64,000 nucleotides of DNA from assembly GCA_051294375.1 (NCBI GenBank), contig CM119268.1:22943427-23007426 (forward strand), read 5' to 3'. Under the pieces are notes generated by a model that did not search any database, was not told where the DNA came from, and saw only the letters and a program-made list of their open reading frames with translations. The DNA comes from Paraspadella gotoi (Eukaryota; Animalia; Chaetognatha). Position numbers and translations under genes: made by a program. Shown in pieces: positions 29,313 to 42,484 of the stretch (positions are counted from its first letter, which is position 1; each line of letters starts with the position of its first letter).

Positions 29313-32300
29313 TCTCTCTATCTCACCTGCTTGTCCTCCTTCTTCTTCAGATGCACAAAAGCAAAGACGGTGATGAAGAAGAAAACCACGGAGAGAATGA
29401 GTGAAGGAACGAGTGGCATGAGCTGGATTCGATCGTCGGGCCCAGGGACGTCGGTCTTTGCCGCCACGAATCCGAACCTAAGACTGCATCGAAGGCGAAC
29501 AAAGGCATAATAAGGATAGACGTGGCTGTGGGCACAAAAACCTAACCTAAGACTGCATCGAATGCGAACAAAGGCCTAATAAGGATAGACGTGGCTGTGG
29601 GCACAAAAACCTAACCGTCATTATTAACTGAACAAGTCATAAAATATCTGTCTGATCGTTTTGGGTCACCCACTTTCAAAAGTGATTTATTAGATGATTT
29701 TGAACTCCATTATATATAATGAAAATTTTAAAAGATTCATTAATGATAACGAGTATATTAACTTATGAATCCAAACATTGTAATATTCTATTAACGGTTA
29801 CTATTGTCCTTGGAACTGCTATATTTAGGACGCAGCATGCTAAAATAAAGGCTGGAAAAGAGTACTGCAAGATTTTTGTTCAAGACGGAGCATTAATTTA
29901 ATCACCTTCCCACAATATTGTGTTGCTAACATCTCAAATTTTATTTACTGGTCTTTATACAGTACGGTTATGTGTGGTATATTGATTTTGTTCTGGATAT
30001 TGTTCCACTATAAGTAAAACTATAGTGGTATATTACAGTGCTAAAAATTCTATCTGTCAGGAATAACTTTAAGTTCTGTTTTAGTCAAATGCCCCTTGAA
30101 CATTCTACTATGAAACGACACTGATTTCGGAGATCTCTGATGACTAGTCTTGCGTTACAAAAAAATCATTTACTACTTCTCTGTTAGCTGTTTGTCTGTT
30201 CATGAAGACGTGTGATGTGTAATCATGTTTGGCAAAATGGTTTCGGCGCCTCTCGTGTTTGCTTACATTCACTGGATTGCTCTCAAACTAGGAATTCTGA
30301 CAAGTTAAACTTATGGTTTATTCTTAAAACTCATAAAATGAGAAAATTTCCCTTATGTTTTTTACGACTTATTACTTACTGGTACCTTAATCTCCGCAGT
30401 AGGTTAGTATGGTCTGACATCTTTTTCAGATTATTTCTCTATTGTTTGTTTCTGGGGTTCGTCAGTTTGATATTATAAGTCCCTATCGTGTGGCAGTTTA
30501 TGTTGATGACTGATAATTCAATTAGACGAAAAATCTGGTTTTGGTTCCATATAGATCATTTATTTGCTGCTAGCATTTTTTTACGCTGCTGACGATATAG
30601 CTTTGTTATCTCCAACAATTTCTGGTATGAAAAAAATGATTGATATATGTGTGTAACTATATAGTAGTACAAATGCTTTTATTTTAATTTTAAGAAACAA
30701 AAACAATGTATTTTGGCAAACAAAGTATTGTATCAACAAAGATTCTTTACTAATTAAAACGGAAAATATCATGTGAATTCGAGTTAGACATGCTCACTTC
30801 CATCCGCCATTGTTTTAATATGTCCATCACCCATGATGTCGTCTTCTACTTTGTTAATCCATTACTTTTCTGAGTCATCCGATGGAATATCTCAGTTTTT
30901 AATCTATAGAGTAATGAAAACATTTGTCTTTGAACCCATATTCTGACTTATATCCCATATCTTTCAACTACCGCTCACTCTAAGCATATTGTCTCGATCT
31001 TAACTTCCCTCGTCTATATTAAAGCCCTCATAGAACTAAGATAGGTCGCTTTACATTTTTTCGTTACCACTTTACCAATTTTTCACAATGTCATCTACTA
31101 CTACGGTTTTACGGTTAATCATCGTGTTGAAAGGAAGTTATCGTTGCAAAAGATATGACCAACAGTAAATGTAGCATAATGATGATGGCATTAGAAAATT
31201 TTTGGTTGGAATAGATGGCGAGAGTGTACGATCATAAGGTTCCTCATTTGATTTAAATGATATCTATAGATTTTGCTTGTAGATCAAAAAACTTTGAATC
31301 CAAGCTTTTTTCCTCTAGAAACAATATTCTAAAAATCTTGTCAGCTTATTGTTGTTATTTTTTTTCTTTTTTTTTCGTTCTGTTAATTTAAATATTTATA
31401 TTTTTGCTTGAATTGTAAACTTTACAATTTAATGCGTTTATCTGTAATGTACTGTATGCCTCTTTGCAGATATGTATGTTTCNNNNNNNNNNNNNNNNNN
31501 NNNNNNNNNNNNNNNNNNNNNNNNNNNNNNNNNNNNNNNNNNNNNAACTAATTGTTGTAAACGAATAAAACACATATATAATAAGGAGAGACGTGGCTGT
31601 GAGCACAAATACCTAACCTAAGACTGCATCGAATGCAAACAGAGGCATAATAAGTATAGACGTGGCTGTGGACACAAAAATCTAACCTAAGACTGCATCG
31701 AATGCGAACAGAGGCATAATAAGTATAGACGTGGCTGTGGGCACTAAAACCGAATCTAAGACTAAATCGAATACAAACAAGAATTACAAAAGCCTGATAT
31801 AGATTTATCAACCAATCTAATGATACCGACTTTACTATCAATGATTTAATCTCAAAGCAAATGATACGTTAACCTGATTTTTCCCCCTATATTTGACTGA
31901 CAATTTCATATTTATCGCCAAATTTTAAAATAGAAACATTTCCTGTTCTGATATGTCACCAAAAGACTAATTATGGCATTAAAACAATATTTCTAGTCTT
32001 GATATATCCCATCAAATATGTTAAAATCCCATTGGGACATTTTTTATCTTTTTACCACACCAAAAATCGCAATACATCACAAAATAACAACCGTTATCAC
32101 CGAATGTCACAATATATCACAAAATAACAACCGTTATCACCGAATGTCACAATAGGAATAATTTTTTTCCAGAATGACGAGTTGAAAGAGATATACTGCG
32201 TCAACGAGCCCCGCCATTAAAAGACGATTTTCCTTCGTTGGGTTCAACACCTAAAAAAAAAAATCAAACAAAGCAAAACAAAACATTAAGCAAAACCAAA

Positions 32301-34057
32301 CACAAAACAACTCGGGTTTTGCTTCGTTTTTCTTTTCTTCCGTTATTTCATTCTCAATAGATTTTTTTGAACTGTTATTATATTAATTGATAAATGCCTT
32401 AAAGAAAAAGATTACTTTATAATATTATTAAAATTATCACGATGATGATAAACGAGTGTTTAAAGTTTAAACTTTTATTCTTTTTTAGACAAAATTAAAT
32501 TTTAAACATATCGTTACCTAATATTGAATAATGTCAATTGATAAGCGAAGATAACATTTTAAATTAATACTAAATGATATTCACCTCATAGTGTCGGCAT
32601 TGTGGACATTTTTTGTAGCATTTTTCCAAAGCCTTCTCTGCGTCCGTGCCTGAGAAATAATAATAAATTCTAAATTATTAATTATTATTAATTATTATTA
32701 TTAATACGCAAAATTTAAACTATCTTCTTTAATAATATATAATATAATATATATTATATATAATATAATTAGAACAAAAAGTATATTTTTAAGTCGCGAC
32801 TGAATAACGAAAAATTCTCCTTAGGATCGATTTTCTCACCGTGATTCAACGCGTTGCTCTCACAATCTTCACAATCGCTGCAAGAAGCGGCGGCGCAATG
32901 GTAGGGCTTCCGCTCTTTCACGATTGTGCTGATGCAAAAAAAAGAAGAAGAAAATATTAAACTATCTATTAAACTAAATATTAATAAAACTAAAACTTAA
33001 TATTAGTCGGCTGACTCGATATATAAAAAAGATTTCGACATTTTTTTAAAAGAGATTTTTGTTTAGGGATTTCCCTCTAAAAAATGAGTGATGCTATCCA
33101 ATTCAACTATTGAAAATACGATAAATTTATATTTTTCTGAAATGTGCTAACAAGCAGGTTTATCAAGTTTGTCTCTGCCAAACAAGCCATAATCATAAAT
33201 TTATTATTAGTATTGACCAAACTAATTGTATTATTAATCACATAAGCTTTTCAACCACGTTCCCCATCATAATTAACAAATCCAAATTGTCATTTCTTCC
33301 TCACCTGTTGCAATGGACGTAATTGTGTCTCGTCCAAGCGAAATCAATCGCCCATTTGTCACAGCGAGGATCCGTAGTCTTTGCTAAACAAGTCTTTAAG
33401 TATTTCTCTTTCATTTTTTTCCAAGATTGCGGTTCGTTGTAACATTTCGCGTCTTGAATCGTCTGCAGTAACAACAACAACATCAATACCGGGCTCTCTT
33501 TTCCGAGAGGGACCCATTTCTGTTCGGTTTTTCCCAGAATTTAGTTTTAATATTTGTATTTAAATTAAATATATTTTTAAACTTATTAATTAATTTATAA
33601 CCTTAATTTTTAATCCTAATCCCTGTAACACTAAACATTAGTCCCCAACTTAAATTCCTTACCTTAATCCCTAACCTTAATCCCTAACTTAATCCTTAAC
33701 CTAATCCCTAACCTTAATCCTTAACCTAATCCCTAACCTTAATCCTTAACCTAATCCCTAACCTTAATCCTTAACCTAATCCCTAACCTTAATCCTTAAC
33801 CTAATCCCTAACCTTAATCCCTAACTTTAATCCTTAACCTAATCCCTAACCTTAATCCCTATCATTAATCCTTAACCTAATCCCTAACCTTAATCCCTAA
33901 CCTAATCCCTAACCTAATCCCTAACCTAATCCTCAACCATAATCTCAAACCTAATCTTTAACTAAAAAAATTAACCTAATTTCAAATTTAAAATGAAATA
34001 AGCCGCTCTGAAAAAATAAAGCCTAATAATGAAAAAATAATAATAATAATAATAATA

Positions 34058-34097
<40 letters not shown>

Positions 34098-34756
34098 AAG
34101 GGTTAGAATTAAAATTTCTGGAATAAACGAATAGACATGGGGGACTCTCGGTAAATAGGGCCAAACAGATTGACTCACTTGTGAATATTTCAAGTGATTT
34201 TGTCTTCCCGTTTCTTCGTAGAGGAAAAAATCGACGTCCAATGGTTTTCCATTTTCGTCTGAATGATAAACCGATGAATCGTGAAGTGAATTCACGTGAC
34301 ATTTGGCTTCTAAATTCACCGGTAAGTATCGGGACGTATCCCTCTTCGTTCAATCCCCACATGATGTCTGGACATCCGTAGGTTTTGAGGTCATAAAATT
34401 TCTTCTTCGACTGGAGAGGAAGGGAGAGGGGGTACATATATATATATAATATTATATATATATCTATATATTTATTTGTATGTATAGGACTGTAATCCTC
34501 CTAATTCAACTTTTAGGAAAGTGAAATCTTCACATCTACCTTCGTCTTTGATCCTTGGATTCGCGTGATTTCAAATTTGTGATTCTCTAAACTTTTGCAA
34601 CTAAAAAAAAAAAATAATAAAATTAGTTATTTGAAATTATCGAAATTGATTTTCTAAAAATAGATTTTCTTTTTTTCCCAAAAATAAGCCCAATAATAAA
34701 AAAGACTATAAATCAATGGGACTTGAAATATTTTATTACTATATGCAAATAATCAT

Positions 34757-34835
<79 letters not shown>

Positions 34836-36637
34836 TTCTAAGAATCTATCTCTTTAATTTTTCAGATTCAGCTTTTATTTTCCCACTTACCCTGTAAAGA
34901 TTCAGCTTTTATTTTCACACTCACCCCGTAAAGGTTCTTTCTCTAGAATCATAAAAGGGCATAATTCTCTTAAAGATGATTTTCTTCTCCGAACAACCGC
35001 TGGACAATTTCAAAATTCTGAAGAATTGGGACTACTTTTTTAAAATTTTTATATTAAACGACGAATTCGCCGCAATCAACGACGAATTCGCCGCAATCAA
35101 CGACGAATTCGCCGCAATCAACGACGAATTCGCCGCAATCAACGATGAATTCGCCGCAATCAACGACGAATTCACCGCAATCAATGACGAATTCACCGCA
35201 ATCAACGACGAATTCACCGCAATCAACGACGAATTCGCCGCAATCAACGACGAATTCGCCGCAATCAACGACGAATTCGCCGCAATCAACGACGAATTCG
35301 CCGCAATCAACGACGAATTCACCGCAATCAACGACGAATTAACCGCAATCAACGATGAATTCGCCGCAATCAATGACGAATTCACCGCAATCAATGACGA
35401 ATTCGCCGCAATCAACGACGAATTCACCGCAATCAACGACGAATTCACCGCAATCAACGATGAATTCGCCGCAATCAACGACGAATTCACCGCAATCAAC
35501 GACGAATTCGCCGCAATCAACGACGAATTCGCCGCAATCAACGACGAATTCGCCGCAATCAACGACGAATTCACCGCAATCAACGACGAATTCACCGCAA
35601 TCAACGATGAATTCGCCGCAATCAACGACGAATTCACCGCAATCAACGACGAATTCGCCGCAATCAACGACGAATTCGCCGCAATCAACGACGATTACTT
35701 AACTCACCTTCTTGACGGCCAAAAACAGGAGAGTGAGGAATGAATGGAACTCAGTTTGATGAAAGTCATGTGACTCAATCCGTGATTCTGCCAGGGACAC
35801 CAGGGTCGTGATTCGTTCAGGTGATGCTGGAAAAGTGAAGTGGTCATCGATTTAGCGTGATCGACTCCATCAAGTGATCGACTCCATCAAGTGATCGACT
35901 CCTTCAAGTGATCGACTCCTTCAAGTGATCCACTCCATCAAGTGATCGACTCCATCAAGTGATCGACTCCTTCAAGTGATCGACTCCTTCAAGTGATCGA
36001 CTCCATCAAGTGATCGACTCCTTCAAGTTATCCACTCCATCAAGTGATCCACTCCATCAAGTGATGACTCCATCAAGTGATCGACTCCTTCAAGTGATCG
36101 ACTCCATCAAGTGATCGACTCCTTCAGTGATCCACTCCATCAAGTGATCCACTCCATCAAGTGATTGACTCCATCAAGTGATCGACTCCTTCAAGTGATC
36201 GACTCCATCAATGATCGACTCCTTCAAGTTATCCACTCCATCAAGTGATCCACTCCATCAATTGATCGACTCCATCAAGTGATCGACTCCATCAAGCGAA
36301 CCGACCAGAGAAAGCAGGGGAATAAAACGAAGCCAAACCAGCGAGCGAAGCCAAAGCCAAGCGAGAGGAACATAGCCAGTCATTCCCTCTTCGCCCCCCC
36401 CCCAAACGAACCGAGAATGTCAAAGTGACGAGTTGACGCAAATCTCCGAAAGCCGTCAGCGTAGCGTTGCTGGACGCAGAGAACTGCAGCGCAGTGGTGG
36501 TCGCTTCGTCGCAGCTGGACAGCTGCGGCCCGAGTGGGTTTTTAAAATTTTGCTTTATTTTAAATGAATAATATTGTATAATTGACATCATTTTATCAAG
36601 TTGTTTTCTTTCTTTTTCTCTAGAATCTTTGACCTCA

Positions 36638-36692
<55 letters not shown>

Positions 36693-37154
36693 TCATTTCT
36701 CTCTTTCTCTCCCATGAACCAAAATGAACTATGGTTATTGATTAGTTAAGCAATGGTAAAACCGAAATATATTACTCCTAAAAAAAATCAGCGTTATTGT
36801 CGTCAAATGATGTCAATTACCAATATTACAAAAACTCAATTCGCATGTATACGATGTCTCTCAAGCTCTATGTATTAAATAACTATAATTATCCATCAAT
36901 ATCATCAATTCATCATTAATATAAACTGTCACCTTAACGTCGAGTTGATTATGTTCGCCGACGCTGTACGTGATTCCGACGACGATACGAATCGTTTGAG
37001 AAATGTCGCGAAAGACGAGGTCTGTGATTGGATTAATCAATAAATCAATCAATAAATCAATCAATAAATCTATCAATAAATCAATCAATAAATCAATCAA
37101 TAAATAAATAAATCAATAAATCAATCAATAAATCAATCAATGAATCAATCAATA

Positions 37155-37185
<31 letters not shown>

Positions 37186-40100
37186 GAATCAATCAATGAA
37201 TCAAATCAATAAATCAATCAATAAATCAATCAATAAATCAATCAATGAATCAAATCAATCAAATCAATCAAATCAAATCAATCGAATTCATCAATCAATA
37301 AATAATTTAAAAGATTTATCAATAATATATAAATAAATGAATGAATGAAAGGAATTAACGAATCCAATCAATCAATCACAATTCATGAATAATCTTTTTC
37401 GAATCCGAATTAAGTTATATTTTAGGATAAAAGATTAGGATTAGTGGGTTAGAATTAGGATTAGTGGGTTAGGATTAGAATTACTCCGTGAGCCAAATCC
37501 GATGATACGAAAGAAACCACTGCCTTACTTTACTGAGTTGAGATAGACTTACTCATATTTTTTTAAATGATAAATAACTACTTGACGTTTTTTATGTGTA
37601 AATTTTATTTTAATCCATTGTCATTAACAACTTCAAATCTATTTTCCCACAAAGATGGTAAAATCGCCAAATTGTTGGCAAATTGTATTTGTTAAAAATA
37701 GAGTACAATGAATAATTTTGTATTAAGTTTGTAAGGCAGTGTTACAGATATATTGGTGGTTTTTTACCCACTATTAAGTCAATAAACCTTTTGGTTCCTG
37801 AGAGAATGATGCTCCAGCCTTTATTGAAATAATTCTAGCTGGCTGACTAAGCAATTTCCAAAACTGCTTTTTTGGTCCAAAAGATTATTGGCAAGACGAA
37901 GATTTTTATTCATTGCCTATAATTGGCTTGTCCTATATTAAAAAATTAAAGAAAGAGGAGTGCTTATGGCAAGGCAATTTAAAAAATTGGTAGTTTAATA
38001 GAGTGACCAGTGAAACACAGCATCCGCTGCATAAAAGTTCCTTAGCTATCCTGAGGTTCCAACCTGTAAAACCTTATTTTTTTCTTTAGGTGATTTAGAA
38101 CTAGAAAGGTTTGTAAGCAGAAACCAACTTTTGTAATGGTAAAAAATTAGAATTGCTTTTGGAAAAGGTTTTTTGCTCCATGAAGAACAATTTTTTCCTG
38201 CGATGCCGAGTTTTTTTACTGGTTTTGATAGCATTTTGAGAATGATTTAAAGCGTTTTTAAGCAATGTTTTGAACTTTTTGGTGTTATAAATTTTTCTTA
38301 TTGGCGTATAGTTTACGTATAATTAATTTTTCTTTCGTATCATCGGATTTGGCTCACGGGGTATTAGGTTAGGATTAGGATTAGTGGGTTTGGTTTAGGA
38401 TTAGTGGGTTAGGATTAGAATTAGTGGGTTAGGTTTGAGATTAGTGCGATAAGGGTCAAGCATTGAGGTTTTACAGATTTGTGTTATGGGTTTCTTCTTT
38501 AGAAAATAGTCGTCGAGATCATTCCTACTCGAACTGGTGGTGAAATTCGACGTAACGATCTTATGAGTGACGCAGCCTTTTTTCTTCGAATTAGGGATGA
38601 AGTCGAGCAGAGAAAGATGTTCCCAACTCGTCGCGGGAACGCATTGCTTGGTCGTTGACATATTGTTTGCCTTGTGGGTCGAAAATGTAAAAAAAAGGGA
38701 CCAAATTCAAAAGTTCATTTTATTATATTTCTTATTTTTTCTCAAAAATTAAAAAAAAAACCGGCCAAAAACCGTATATATATTTTCTTTTTCTCCGGCT
38801 GGTAATCAAAATACAGTCAACCATTTTTTTAAATCTTTGCGATGCACTCAATTCAAATGCACTCAAAACTTTTGCCGAAGCAAGAAGCTGCAGTCAATTA
38901 TAATGTGGTCAAACAATTGGAGAAGCTGATTAATATTTAAACAATTAGCGAATTTTGAAAATGTAATCAAACTGAATTCAGTCAAACTAAGGAAATACTA
39001 ATCATAATGCAGTTAAACAATTGGCAAACCTTGGAGATGCAGCCAATTCAAATACAAACAATTGGCCAACCTTTGAGATGCAGCCAATTCAAATACAAAC
39101 AATTGGCCAACCTTCGAGATGCAGCCAATTCAAATGCAAACAAATGGCCAACCTTTGAGATGCAGCCAATTCAAATGCAAAAAATTGGCCAACCTTTGAG
39201 ATGCAGCCAATTCAAATACAAACAATTGGCAAACCTTTGAGATGCAGTCTCCTATGGGAAAGACGAAGCTGACCAAAGGAATATCATAATATGATTGCGG
39301 CCTCTGGAAAATCATCACTGCGGTTTGAACACTTTTGAGAGTTTGATCTGAAATAATTATGTAATTATTTGATTTATTGCATAATCGATTATTGTTCTTA
39401 TAATTATTTTGATTATTACTATTATTTTTTTTTTGCTCATGGTTATTTTCTGTTATGTACGGTTTTCATGTTGTAGTCAAACCTTTCCACTTTTTACTGT
39501 TTCTCCTTTGTTTTCACCTCCATAATCTCGCTGTTTCCTGTTTAACTGTTTCTCTCATTACCCAACTATTTCCTAACTGTTTCTCTCCCACCTAATCTCA
39601 CTGTTTCCTCAATGTTTCCAAACTGTTTCTCTCCCACCTAATCTCACTGTTTCCTCAATGTTTCCTAACTGTTTCTCTCCCACCTAATCTCACTGTTTCC
39701 TCAATGTTTCCTCGCTGTTTCTCCCCCTAATCTCGCTGTTTGCTCACTTGTTTCTGGTACGTTCGTCAACCAAGATATGATGTCTCTCGAATCCAAAGTG
39801 ACGAACCATATTGATATTTCATCTCTCGCGAACCAAAGACCCTGAGCGAAAAAACGAAAGATGTTCTTTTGTTCTTTTCAGGGTTATTATTCTGCCCACC
39901 AGATGGCATGAGTCATTGATTTTTTTTTTAGTCTGAAATTATCGGCAATAAAATAATAATAATTAATTAATAAAAACGCCTAACTTACCCCGCTCTCTCT
40001 CTCTCTCTCTCTCTCCCTCTAACCATGATTTTATCCTCTTTGTCTCTCCCTACGTCGAGTATCTGTCTGGTTTCGTCCGAATTGATTGAAAGTCTCTCTC

Positions 40101-42392
40101 TCTCTCTCTCACACCATGATTTTATCCTCTTTGTCTCTCCCTATGGCGAGTATCTGTCCGGTTTCGTCCGAATCGATTGAAAGTCTCTTCGGTTTTTCTT
40201 TCCCTGGCAACTTAATGATCCTCGATAAGTAAGGCTTCTTCTTTTTGCTAGTCGACAGAGTTTCGTCCAAGTTGACCTCCCACACTCCGTCGGAAAGACC
40301 TGTGGATATTAAGCATTGGATAAGGCTGAAGAGTGAAGAGTGCCATCAGCAGCCATGGAACGGGACCCGGGATTGGAACCAGGCTCGAGGGTTTTCCAGG
40401 CCCCCAAGGCTGTGAAAGTAGTAGTGAAAGTTAAATACCAAAATTCTAAATGTCAATTATGAATTAATTTGTAAAAAAAAATTAATTTTATTAATTTTAT
40501 TTTCTTCAATTTTCGCAGTAGGCTATATTTATATATAGTACTATCCTTATAAAATCGAAAAAATTCAAAATATGCTTTTCTTAATTTTGATTGCAGATTT
40601 GAATTCCTCGTCAAAAGTTGATAAAAAAACTATATTTAATATATAAAATTTTAATTTTCAGCTTAAAATATAGGTTTTTTTATATTTGATGAAAGAATTT
40701 TTAAAAAACAGTTATATTTCTTTATATCAACTTTTCATGACGAATCCAAATCTGCAAAAAAAATCTTACAAAGAATAATTTTGAAATTTTAACATTTATT
40801 GGATTAGTACTAGTATAAATATGGCCTACTGCGTAAATTGTAAAATTTATTATAAATTTTTTTATACATAAATGTTCATTAGTATAATGTTGTTCATTCA
40901 TCACTTTTAGAATTTTAATTAAAGTTAAATTGATAATTTTTACTACACTTTAATTTTTACTACGTGTTTACGGCCTCGCTTGGTAGGTACCATTGGGGAT
41001 CGATCCCTGATGGTCAATAGCTGATGAATGAATGTATTGCAATGCCCGCCTGCGGACATTTTGGAAAAGGGTTGATTTGATTGGTTGATTGATTTATCGA
41101 CTCATCGGTTTGACTGATTGATTAAGTAACTAATTCAGTGTGTCCGACCGATCGATTGACCTACTGCGAGGGCCTGATTGTTTAGATAGCTGACGAATTG
41201 ATTGATTGATCGATCGATTGAATATTGTTCCAAAGTTGATTAATATATTGCTTGCTCAAACGGTTGATTGATTGAAGGATTATTAGAAAATCGATTGATT
41301 GATCGAATCTACTCCGCCTTCCTGCCTTTTATAATTTCCCTCACCCAAAATAAGAATCCTGGATCCGAAATTTCTCAATTCGTGAATGGATTTCGGTTCC
41401 TCCTTCCCGCGCTCCAACGACCAGGAATTCAAAAGACGAAATTCCAGATAAACATCAGCGATTGGGTTTTCTTGCAAAAGAAGGAGACGAAAATCCGAGG
41501 CGGAGAATTTGACGAGAAGAAGAATTTCCCCGCGACTTGATTCGGGGATGATGGCGTCTGATAGAGAGGGAGTGGGAGAGGGGACAGAGAGAGAGAGAGA
41601 AATTTGGGGGGAGAGAGAGAGAGAAAAAAAAATGGAATCTAACTTTTATTATCATTTGTTTTCCCTCTAAAAAAAGGAACTAAATATGTTTCCCCCCTCT
41701 TGGGTTTATCCCTAGGGGCTTATTTATTATTTATTAGTAATTCTAAATCTTACTTGAACAGCTAATGTTCATGAAGTTGAAAATTAAGGTAAACTAATAT
41801 TTTTGTGGTAATACATAGGTTTTTGAGGAAGAGTAAATGTCTGTGCAACTGTTAAAAACAAAAATAATTTAAAAGTTTTTTTTCTTATTAATACCAAAAA
41901 CAGTATTGACAAAATCAAAAACAGTAACAGTGTAAAAGAAATGAATTTTTTTTAAAATTTGACCAATTTTTGCCCCTTTGGGGCCCCATATCTCGGCTCA
42001 GGGGTAAAATATTTTAATTCGCCCCGATATTTCTATTTGTATTTGTATTAGCTTTTTATTTTTAAATCGTTCGTACCATTCCGTAATTATTTTATAATCT
42101 CCGACTGACCCACGATTTCTTTTCCTTCGATGCCAGGAATTTCAACTTTGACGAAAGTTTTATGAAGTTTCATGGGAAATTTAATAAAATTCAACTTCCA
42201 CATGAAAATCTGGAACGAATGTGGATTTGATATTAATTATTATCTATTATAAAATGAAATTGTCATTGCATAACGATAATAACTTTTAACTTCCGTGAAA
42301 AATGATGCAAGAAAAAATCCAAAATGTTACAATATGCAAATTAGATTGAGGAACTGAAGTTTAACATCCGCGATCTCCATTCTCTTTGTCTC

Positions 42393-42484
<92 letters not shown>

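Noticed and set aside
33660-33960. Telomere or chromosome-fusion site
   Set aside because: Degenerate, intronic and enclosed by MITE-like termini.
34976-35743. 255-aa NDEFAAI-repeat ORF and its overlapping ORFs
   Set aside because: By-product of a stop-free 21-bp intronic minisatellite that is open in several frames.
35057-36295. CRISPR-like appearance of the regular arrays (also 51820-52120)
   Set aside because: Head-to-tail units with no unique spacers, no cas genes, and a eukaryotic context.
36296-36545. GC-rich intronic patch with a small hairpin (GCAGCTG-GA-CAGCTGC) as an ncRNA or exon
   Set aside because: No recognisable RNA family, splice pair or second copy in the window.
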